NCBI GenBank assembly: GCA_951406725.2
Contig: OX597839.1
Location: 32,612,001-32,676,000, forward strand
DNA length: 64,000 nt
Direction of reading: 5' to 3'
Source of the DNA: Octopus vulgaris
Taxonomy: Eukaryota
A model generated the notes under the pieces. The model was given only the letters and a program-made list of their open reading frames with translations, did no database searches and had not been told where the DNA came from. Each line of letters begins with the position of its first letter. Positions within the stretch are counted from its first letter, which is position 1. Shown here piece by piece: positions 54,367-64,000 of this stretch. The position numbers and the translations under genes are program-made.

Positions 54367-54607
54367 GTGTTCCAAAATCTTCCAAAAAGCTTCCCCTGTA
54401 TCACGAATTATTCTCGTGGGACTGAACGACGGTTCGAAACAGCGACTCATCAGCGAAAAGCAGGCGACCGACCTTGCAGCGAGTCTTGGTCTGATTTATC
54501 AGGAAGTTGATTTAGACACAATGGAATCGATATCTTCTCTCTTTCATCGAATGATCGATATGATTCTAAGCGACAGCCGGAAGTGCCGACCGGAAATGGA
54601 TAAGTAA
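54367..54607 (+). CDS. Atypical Rab/Ras-like protein, terminal coding exon
   Basis: Acceptor caacAG|, phase 2. Reads CSKIFQKASPVSRIILVGLNDGSKQRLISEKQATDLAASLGLIYQEVDLDTMESISSLFHRMIDMILSDSRKCRPEMDK*. Total CDS 340+100+241=681 nt. Confidence 0.85.
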
Positions 54608-55003
54608 ATGGATGTAGGATTTCAAAATTTTGGTGTGTGGATGGGTCTTTCCGTGTGTTTGTCAGTGTTATATATATATATAGGTATAAAAATTATATAT
54701 AAAAAAAGGAACAAGAACGTGAAATACACAAAGAGACGAACACAAAAAACGGGCGCGTCATTCGAAGCCTTTAATCTTCAGTCAGAAACCGGATCATCAC
54801 AGCAAATTTCGGCTGATTAATCCTGATATTACTCCGAAACGGCCAGCCCCAAGGAAAAACTAAGCTGCGAGCATTAGATTTCTTGGAAAAAGGATCGAAT
54901 GTAAACGAAACAAGGACGGAAAAAACGGACGAAGCCGCACAAATATAAATACAAAAAACAAAAACAAAAATAAAACTAAAAACAAAAACAATATGTGTGC
55001 GTG

Positions 55004-55036
<33 letters not shown>

Positions 55037-55524
55037 ATTAGAACCGTATAGGGCTTTGTTTCATTTTCCAATTGCGTCTTCATATTCCCCGTCAGTCACA
55101 TTCCTTATGTTCTTCAGAATGGCACAGTCACGTGACCAACTTACCATAATTATCATAGATTCATATTTAACAGTTTCTTCAATGATCCAAATCTTCCTGG
55201 TTTCAATAAGAAACCTTTTTATAAGAAATAAATAAATGAATAAATAAATAAGTCTGTTGTCTTTGTTTTCTTTCATTTTTGTTTACCTTTCTTACCTTCT
55301 TTTTCGGAATACCTATCTTCATGGCCGAAACAGCTGTCAGTTATAATGTGTATGTATTTTTATATCTTGTTATATTTATTTAGTTATATCTCACCATATT
55401 GATTGTAATTAGTGTACTGTATTAATGTCTAATCTCATTGCTATTGTGTAGTGTTTAATAAAGTATATGATTCGGTATTATCTGATAGTTGATGATTGAT
55501 TTAGATATATTTCTCCATTTTCTC

Positions 55525-55601
<77 letters not shown>

Positions 55602-55893
55602 ACACACATGTACATATATATATATATATATATACTTCAACTGAGTAAATGGTGTTTTAAGGAAGCTTTTGCTACCTGTTGAATGGGTGGTGGTGGTGGT
55701 GGTGGTTGCGAAGGTGGTTGTGGTCGTGGTGGTCGTGATGGAGGTGGTTGCGATGGTGGTTGTGGTAGTAGTAGCTGTGGCGATGGCGGCGGTGATGGTA
55801 CTACTACTACTACTACTACTACTGCTGCTGCTGCTACTGCTGCTACTACTACTACTACTACTGCTGCTGCTGCTACTGCTGCTGCTGCTACTG

Positions 55894-55938
<45 letters not shown>

Positions 55939-55944
55939 GTAGTA

Positions 55945-56174
55945 GGCGGCGAGTTGGCAGAAACGTTGGCACACCGGACGAAATGCCTATTGACATTTTG
56001 TCTGTCTTTACGTTCTGAGTTCAAATTCCGCCGAGCTCGACTTTGCCTTTCATCCTTTCAGGGTCGATTAAATAAGTACCAGTAAATCACTGGGGTCGAT
56101 ATAATCGACTTAATCCCCTTGTCTGTACGTGTTTGTCTCCTCTATGTTTATCCCCCTGTGGGCAATAAAGAAAT

Positions 56175-56176
<2 letters not shown>
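55945..56176 (+). mobile_element. SINE family B
   Basis: Homology to 1557-1790. Confidence 0.85.
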
Positions 56177-56220
<44 letters not shown>

Positions 56221-56573
56221 GGTGGTGGTGGTGGTGGTAGAAACGCACGAGACATTGCAGTCAATGAGTTCAAGAGCGTTTTGAAAAATACATATTTATT
56301 AATATTCATCAACAATATCATCATTATCATCATTGTCATCATCATCATCATCATCATCATGAAGACAATAATAACAATGGCCTCAAATTTTGCCACAAGG
56401 CCAGCAATTTTGAGGGGCAACGGTAAGGTCAGTTACATCGATCCCCGTGCTCAAGTGGTGTTTATCTTATCGACCCTGCATAAATAAAACGGCAACGTCG
56501 ACCTCGACGGAATTTGAACTCAGTACGTAGCAGCGGGTGAAATACTGCCAAAAATTCCGTCCAGCGTGCCAAA

Positions 56574-56626
<53 letters not shown>

Positions 56627-56628
<2 letters not shown>

Positions 56629-56750
56629 TATCCTTTCTGTATTAACCAAAATGAAGTGGATTGACAAATTTTTGAGCCAGTTGGAGACACACAAGATGTC
56701 GCAATATCCTTCACCAGATAACAATGGCACTCTTCTTTTAATTTTGATTT

Positions 56751-56793
<43 letters not shown>

Positions 56794-56927
56794 TAATAAT
56801 AATGATATCCTTTCTGTATTAACCAAAATGAAGTGGATTGACAAATTTTTGAGCCAGTTGGAGACACACAAGATGTCGCAATATCCTTCACCAGATAACA
56901 ATGGCACTCTTCTTTTAATTTTGATTT

Positions 56928-56970
<43 letters not shown>

Positions 56971-57104
56971 TAATAATAATGATATCCTTTCTGTATTAAC
57001 CAAAATGAAGTGGATTGACAAATTTTTGAGCCAGTTGGAGACACACAAGATGTCGCAATATCCTTCACCAGATAACAATGGCACTCTTCTTTTAATTTTG
57101 ATTT

Positions 57105-57107
<3 letters not shown>
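56627..57107. repeat. Three identical ~126-bp blocks separated by (AAT)n, period 177 bp
   Basis: GATATCCTTTCTGTATTAACC starts at 56627, 56804 and 56981. Confidence 0.95.
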
Positions 57108-57151
<44 letters not shown>

Positions 57152-57194
57152 TATAGTGATGATGATGACAATGATGACGACGACGATGATAATG

Positions 57195-57237
<43 letters not shown>

Positions 57238-57361
57238 TAACAATAATAATAATAATAATAATAATAACAATAACAATAATAATAATAATAACAATAATAA
57301 TAATGATAACAATAATAATAATAATAATAACAATAATAATAATAATAACAATAACAATAAC

Positions 57362-57411
<50 letters not shown>

Positions 57412-57465
57412 TAACAATAATAATAATAATAATAATAACAATAACAAAAAAAAAAATAATAATAA
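57107..57465. repeat. (AAT/AAC)n microsatellite
   Basis: Direct inspection. Confidence 0.95.
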
Positions 57466-57772
57466 CGTAGATAAGTTTAACCACTGGTTTGTGTAGTAGA
57501 AGTTCTGAAGATGTTTGTTTGTTTCCATCGTTGTGATGTTGCTGTTGTTGTTGCTGCTATTGCCATTGTTGATGATGCTGATGGTGGTGGTGGTCCTTAT
57601 TTTTGTTGTTATGTACTGTTGTTGTTATGTGGTGTTGACCGCTGTTATTGCCGTCAAGGGTCTTGCGGTGCGATCAGTTCATACTGCAAAGTGTGCCGTA
57701 ACAGGTTCTGTGGGTTTGCCGTTTGTCCTTTTCGTTGTTGTCGTTGTTGTCGTCGCTGATGCTGGTCTTCCC

Positions 57773-58048
57773 TTACGCATCCTTCTTCTCGGTGTTCTGG
57801 AAGTGGCTGAGAGCCAACAGTGTCGTGGCGTACGTGTACGGTTCCGATGTCCAGAACGGGAACACACTTTGATCTTCGTTGAAACCATGGAATTCCATCG
57901 GTGTGGTCATGTTACCCATCATCGGAACAGGTTCTTTGGTTTTCGCGATATATTCCTCTTCGGATATCGTTCCTTCCATGGCCCTCACTTGGCCTACCAT
58001 GCTCGGTGAATTCTCAAAACGGTTGAAAGGATAAAGAAACGGTAAAGT
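57773..58048 (-). CDS. Uncharacterised protein, terminal coding exon
   Basis: tttgcAG| acceptor, phase 0. TLPFLYPFNRFENSPSMVGQVRAMEG...FPFWTSEPYTYATTLLALSHFQNTEKKDA*. Confidence 0.87.
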   Translation of the reverse strand, partial: TLPFLYPFNRFENSPSMVGQVRAMEGTISEEEYIAKTKEPVPMMGNMTTPMEFHGFNEDQSVFPFWTSEPYTYATTLLALSHFQNTEKKDA

Positions 58049-58409
58049 CTGCAAATGTAAGGAATGAAAGAGAATCTAGAGGAAATGACATCTTTGTTTT
58101 GGGGGACAAAGTGTAATAGGACATTAATGAATATTTGGATAATTACATAACACTAATTAGCTTGAAATATTTGAGAGTTTGATTAATGCTTAGTTAATTC
58201 TTAGAATATTGCGTAACTAAAGTTACAACAGAGAAAGTGATCACGTAACTAAAGTTGGAATCGAAATTCAGGTAGCTTTAATGATATTTACAAAAATACA
58301 CGTGGTAGTTAAATTAATGTTTGGAAAAAAATTACCTAACGAAAACCTTTTGTTGATGTTCGTACATTTACGTAACTAAGGTAAGGATCTAACATGCCAT
58401 AGCTTTGTT

Positions 58410-58696
58410 TCTACCCTAGACACAAGGCCCGAAATTTTGGGGGAGGGGCCCAGTCGATTAGATCGTCCCCAATACGCAACTGGTACTTAATTTATCACAA
58501 GGCCAGCAATTTCGGAGGAGGTGGGTTACTCAGTTACTTCAACCCCAGTGCTCAATTGGTATTTATTTTATCGACCCCGAAAGGATGAAAGGCAAAGTTG
58601 ACCTCGGCGGAATTTGAACTCAGAACGTAAAGAAAGACGAAATACTGCTAAGCATTTCGCCCGGCGTGCTAACCCTTCTGCCAGCTCGCCGCCTTA
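58410..58696 (-). mobile_element. SINE family B (alternative tail), intronic
   Basis: Head ...GCCAGCTCGCCGCCTT at 58696. Confidence 0.8.
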
Positions 58697-58907
58697 GGTT
58701 AAAATCTAATATGCAATAGGTTAGTTAATGTTCAGAAAACTACGTAGCTAAAGATAGGGTTATGTCTTTTGTTGATGCTCGTACATTTATGTAACTAAAG
58801 TAAAGATCCAACATGCTTTGTTAATGTTTAGAAAAGTACGTAACTAAAGTTAGGATCAAATATGAAGTGGTTTAATGGAGTCAAAAATTCAATTGTTCGT
58901 TACTTAC

Positions 58908-59029
58908 ACTTAATCCTTTGACGGAACCAGAAAAGAAAGCATTCCAAGGTTTGTAACGATTGTTAAGTATGTTTTCTTGAAGGAATGTCACTGCTGAGGT
59001 TATGGTTTCGATTACATTCTGCGGTGTCT
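58908..59029 (-). CDS. Uncharacterised protein, penultimate exon
   Basis: ttttctAG| acceptor, agt|GTAAGT donor, 122 nt, phase 1-0. ETPQNVIETITSAVTFLQENILNNRYKPWNAFFSGSVKGLS. Confidence 0.87.
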
Positions 59030-59305
59030 CTAGAAAACGGTGCAAGAATAAAATCATCAACATTGGAATTGATTTTTCTTTTTTTTTAAATTGATTCCGT
59101 TTTATTTACTTCTGCATCAAGTTTTATAATTTGCATTTTTATAGTTTCAAACTATGTAAAGACAAATACGTATATATATATATATATATATGTAGTGGAT
59201 CTTGCAGGCATGATGCAGATTCGATCCTAGATAGCCAAATTTAAATTAACAGTTCTCACGGTAAAAGAATAGTTTTTTTCTATGACAACATCCATTTCCA
59301 AATAA

Positions 59306-59363
<58 letters not shown>

Positions 59364-59371
59364 GTGTAAAT

Positions 59372-59447
<76 letters not shown>

Positions 59448-59621
59448 CATATACATATACATACATTTATGTGTAGTTACACGGAGGAGTCAGAATATCA
59501 TACCAAGTAAATTTGAATTATTTCTGACTCTCCATCGTATATAATCTTTGCACATGGAGAGAGAGAGAGAGAGGGAGAGGGAGAGAGAGAGAAAGAGAAA
59601 GAAAGAGAGAGAGAGTGTTAC

Positions 59622-59727
59622 CTTTGATCCAGATATTCTTGCCAGACTTGTCGTCATAGACGGTCCATATTCCTTGTAGAGCATTCACAGCAACGGACGT
59701 CGTAAAGAGACGGTCTTCGGCTTTATT
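59622..59727 (-). CDS. Uncharacterised protein, internal exon
   Basis: tctcttgcaaAG| acceptor, aaag|GTAAC donor, 106 nt, phase 0-1. NKAEDRLFTTSVAVNALQGIWTVYDDKSGKNIWIK. Confidence 0.8.
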
Positions 59728-59978
59728 CTTTGCAAGAGAAACAGCGACAATAACAACAATAGCAAGACGAAATTCAGTTTTTGATGGAGCGTAGAAAGAT
59801 AAGGGAAATGCATATATAGGAAACAGTGAAGGTTGCTTTAAGCTACGACGGCAAGTAAGTTGAATCCAATGTGAATATGGAAGGATTTAAATTACCAACA
59901 AGTTCATGTTCGGATGCAGAAACACACACACACACACACACACAAGTATCATATGTATGTATGTATGTATACATATAC

Positions 59979-60067
<89 letters not shown>

Positions 60068-60309
60068 ATAAAAGCCATCTCAATATGGCTAACCACAAAG
60101 GGGGGTGTTACTGTAGCTTTTTAGCCCCAGGAGATCATCGTCTCCAGCTGGCTTTAGACACACTTTCTATGCTCTTAAGGTATTTGCAAAGGGAGGTCAT
60201 CCCTTTCTCGTAAGCCTGAGTGATACGCACTGGACCGCGGTTTCGAGATTATTGTCTCTTATCAACGGGCGGTAATCACCAGATCACGATGAAAGACAAG
60301 GCCTGTTTG

Positions 60310-60351
<42 letters not shown>

Positions 60352-60396
60352 CATATATATATGTGTGTTTGTGTGTGTATACATATATAAATATAT

Positions 60397-60461
<65 letters not shown>

Positions 60462-60473
60462 CATACATAGATA

Positions 60474-60544
<71 letters not shown>

Positions 60545-60808
60545 GTGCAGTGTGTGTGTGTGTGTGTTATCTCCGCCGATAAGTTTGTTGTTATGTTATT
60601 GTTTGGTCTTGGCTTTGCGGCTTGTCGGTGGTGGGTCACTTCCGGTTTGTATCTGGACAGTATGCTGTTTCGTCTTCTAACCGAGCGGTTGTGTCTCCCT
60701 GCGTTCGTCTGTGTCTCGGAGGACGGCTGTCGTCCCTGAATCGTCCTAGTTCCCGTGGTGCATACACACTGAAACATATCCCAACAAAACCAATGTTTAG
60801 TTGCTTAC

Positions 60809-60940
60809 CGTGTTATCAGCGTCCCCAATGAATCCATCGAAGTAAACGCCAGTTGTCTCCCTTGTTGCTAGAGACAAAATATGCTCTGTCGTAGCAGTTC
60901 TCTGCGCCTCCGATAATAACTGGTACGCTTCCTCCAAAGC
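60809..60940 (-). CDS. Uncharacterised protein, internal exon
   Basis: gacAG| acceptor, acg|GTAAGC donor, 132 nt, phase 0-0. ALEEAYQLLSEAQRTATTEHILSLATRETTGVYFDGFIGDADNT. Confidence 0.85.
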
Positions 60941-61285
60941 CTGTCGCGAACAAAGAGAGAAAAAAATTCATTAACGACAAGAAACTGCATGTCCGGGAAA
61001 TTTTGTTCTAAGAAAAATTCTCCGTATGGACAAAGATAAAGCGTATTAAATCAGCGGTTTTCAGAATAATAATCATTTTTACTATAGGCACAAGGAACGA
61101 CATTTTTCGGGAAAGGCTAGCCGATTACACAGACCCCAGTGCATGACTGGTACTTATTTTATCGATCCCGAAAGGATGAAAGACAATGTGGACCTCGGCG
61201 GAATTTGAACACAGAACCTAAAGACGGGACGAAATGCCAATAAGCATTTTCCCCAGCTTACTAACGATTCTGCCAGCTTGCTGTC

Positions 61286-61354
<69 letters not shown>

Positions 61355-61357
<3 letters not shown>

Positions 61358-61778
61358 GCCCTATTGCAGTACCAGACAGTGGCTCTCATGGCTCCTGATC
61401 TTAACTGATTGGAAGTGTTATCATGTACATTGTTTTGTCTTGGTATAAAAGATGGCCTACAGCAAATATTCTGCTCAATACCACAGATTTGCTTATCAGT
61501 TGTTTGACCTTAAGCAGTTGAGAATGTCCCTTAGTGGCTGACGATATGTGCATCTCTGATCACGAGCAAAAGTAGTGGGGGAGCATCAGAGCCATGTGTT
61601 GAGAGGAGTTCTTTGGGGTTTGGATAATTCACCTTCGGAAACTTTGGTGTTTCGTTCAACATCCTTAAACAATCCTTATTCAGGAACCTTTTGAGCGGGA
61701 TGGGCTACTTGACCTGAAGAATATTCTAATTGGGCCCCACCTGCAAGGTCACGTGCTGTTTATCTTGATATGAGATCA
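61355..61778 (+). mobile_element. Unclassified element (family D) following (TAA)n
   Basis: Homologous to 26740-27075. Confidence 0.7.
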
Positions 61779-62265
61779 AAAGTTTAAGTATATTAAAAAT
61801 ATGATAGGACAGGAACAAGTGATACATGGCTGCCCTGCATTATATGACGGTGGTGGAATATCTTTTGGGCTTGTAGGAGCAGATTCATGCCAACGAGTAA
61901 TGACCAACTGGATTGCTATCTGGGTAATATCGTCTGTAGATGAAGGGATACCATGATGAACGTTGCGTGTCAATGTCTGAGTCTTGCTCTACCATGGGTA
62001 CACTTACACTCAGGATTCTTCCTCCCCCCATGCATCCCAGAAAACCACAATTTCTATCCTCCCAGTTCCTGTCATGCTCTGTTAACAATATCCGGCAAGG
62101 GAGATAACCTTCTGTCTATAAAATCTCAGAATATCACCAATGGGATTAGTTAGAAAGATATTTAGACGTAACATGTTTTCTACAAACGTATGAATGATAA
62201 TGACTGAATTATTGCATCATTTAATTAAGAAATTGATTAATAAATAACTAATTAACTATGCCAAC

Positions 62266-62439
62266 CTTGTGTGGAATATTTCCTTGTAAATGAACTCGTT
62301 CCACGGCCGATACAGTGCGGGATACAAACCAGTAAAACTCTAGTAGTGACGGGTAATAGGGTAAAGCAAGATCTGTGCGGTCAGATAGTCGGGTACGTAG
62401 TTGCCATTGCAACATACTCGATGTGTTGAGGTAGATTTT
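62266..62439 (-). CDS. Uncharacterised protein, internal exon
   Basis: ttttacctAG| acceptor, aag|GTTGGC donor, 174 nt, phase 0-0. KIYLNTSSMLQWQLRTRLSDRTDLALPYYPSLLEFYWFVSRTVSAVERVHLQGNIPHK (not in the ORF track). Confidence 0.85.
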
Positions 62440-62725
62440 CTAGGTAAAAGAACAAAACAAAAAGAAGAAAAAAACGATATAATTTTGGTTTCAAATTTTG
62501 GAAGAAGAACAGGAAGTTCGAAGGAAGCGAAAAATTGATTACGTTGTTCCTAGTGTTTAGCTGGTACTTATTTTATCGACCTCGGAGAGATGAAAGGCGA
62601 AGTCGACAAAGGCAGAATTTGAACTCATAAACATAAAGACGGACAATACGCCGCTAAGCATTTTGCCCGGCATGCAAACAATTCAGGCAGCTCGTCACCT
62701 TGATAATAATAACATCAACAACAAC

Positions 62726-62756
<31 letters not shown>

Positions 62757-62812
62757 ATGATGATGATGATGATGACGACAATAATAATAACAATAATAAT
62801 AATAATAATTTT

Positions 62813-62994
62813 TTATTTCTTTACTACCCACAAGGGGCTAAACACAGAGGGGATAAACAAGGACAGACAAAGGGATTAAGTCGATTATATCGACCCCAGT
62901 GCGTAACTGGTACTTAATTTATCGACCCCGAAAGGATGAAAGGCAAAGTCGACCTCGGCGGAATTTGAACTCGGAACGTAACGACAGACGAAAT
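62813..62994 (-). mobile_element. Headless SINE family B monomer within (TAA)n
   Basis: Spans the same interval as the array unit (ATTTCGTC...AAAGAAATA). Confidence 0.85.
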
Positions 62995-63004
62995 AATAAT
63001 AATA

Positions 63005-63056
<52 letters not shown>

Positions 63057-63077
63057 TAATGCTGAAGAGTAATTTAC

Positions 63078-63245
63078 CTGAATGTCAGGATCATCGAGAA
63101 TGGTGGCAGGTATTAGACCAGAAAGAACACCAGAAGTAATACCAAATATGGTATTAGCAGCAACTGCACAATCTACATTGTTCACATTGAATGGCATGGC
63201 GACTCCTTTGGCAACCAATTTCCTTGATTCGTTAATATTTTGGAC
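63078..63245 (-). CDS. Uncharacterised protein, internal exon (gene continues beyond window)
   Basis: ttttcAG| acceptor, cag|GTAAAT donor, 168 nt, phase 0-0. VQNINESRKLVAKGVAMPFNVNNVDCAVAANTIFGITSGVLSGLIPATILDDPDIQ. Confidence 0.85.
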
Positions 63246-63432
63246 CTGAAAAAAAAAACAACAACAGCAAATAGAAAGGAAACGGTAAAGGAAGAAACGG
63301 TAAGAGAAAGGAAGTCTTATACAGGCAAAGCACCGATCTTCCAGAATCGGAGGGGCCAGAACATCTTGTAATCCGGACTAATTTATGAGCAGGAACGTGA
63401 AATTCCTGCAGATATATATATGTATATCTCTC

Positions 63433-63810
63433 TCTATATAAACGGCAGTTTGTCTGTGCGTGTTTCTGTGTGTCTGTTTGGTTGTACCCTCACTCTGACC
63501 ACGGCTTTCAACCGATTCTGATGAAACTTGACACACACATAGCCCAATGTCATAATTCAAAACTAACGCAGCGAAAATTTTGAAAAGTTCCCCCAGTTCT
63601 GAAAAAAATCGATAAATTCGACATGGGGTCGAGAATCAGAAACCCAAACCACAGACCGTCTAGGGGACGCAACTCCACCTTTTTTAACTCTCAAAAAAAA
63701 TTTACCATCATTTTTTTCCATTTTTTTGCTATTTTTTGGCTATAACTCTCTAAAAATGCTTTATAGTTATTTCCCTTACAAACCTGAGCAACGCCGGGCG
63801 ATACTGCTAG
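63433..63810 (+). mobile_element. Non-autonomous Helitron
   Basis: TCTATATAAACGGCAG ... CCTGAGCAACGCCGGGCGATACTGCTAG|T. Confidence 0.82.
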
Positions 63811-63825
63811 TATATATATATATGC

Positions 63826-64000
63826 CCTCTTTTACTCTTTTTTACTCTTTTACTTGTTTCAGTCATTTTGACTGTGGCCATGCTGGAGCACCGCCTTTAG
63901 TCGAGCAAATCGATCCCAGGACTTATTCTTTGTAAGCCCAGTACTTATTCTATTGGTCTATTTTGCCGAACCGCTAAGTTACGGTGACGTAAACACACCA
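63826..64000 (-). mobile_element. SINE family A (runs off window)
   Basis: Tail homology to 4262-4660. Confidence 0.85.

Noticed and set aside
56537-57496. 319-aa Asn-rich repeat protein
   Set aside because: A by-product of (AAT)n plus the 177-bp triplication. The non-ATG start lies in a SINE.
61776-62153. Extra exon of the minus-strand gene
   Set aside because: No phase-compatible splice pair is needed, because the flanking exons join in frame. Probably TE debris.

Overview
Eukaryotic, repeat-saturated genomic DNA, most likely a coleoid cephalopod (Octopus-like). That call is an inference from the tRNA-derived SINE families and the extreme microsatellite density. Most long ORFs in the supplied track are microsatellite artefacts. 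Two spliced protein-coding genes could be assembled by hand, with canonical GT-AG sites and consistent exon phases. (1) A 3-exon + strand gene (50615-54607, about 226 aa) encodes a Rab/Ras-fold protein whose G1, G3, G4 and G5 motifs and prenylation signal are all degenerate, making it a candidate pseudo-GTPase. (2) The last six coding exons (63245 down to 57773, about 325 aa) of a convergent - strand gene encode an uncharacterised protein that continues beyond the window. The remainder is SINEs (including two head-to-tail arrays sharing one fixed junction), decayed RTE, CR1-like, R4/Dong and Tx1-like LINE pieces, non-autonomous Helitrons, hAT MITEs, a Tc1 deletion derivative, Penelope-type hammerhead ribozyme motifs and mini/microsatellites. 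No CRISPR array, rRNA or genuine tRNA gene was seen. I cannot demonstrate a new multi-gene system here. The best leads are the pseudo-GTPase, the uncharacterised protein, the core-intact hammerhead at 15.6 kb and the fixed-junction SINE multimers.
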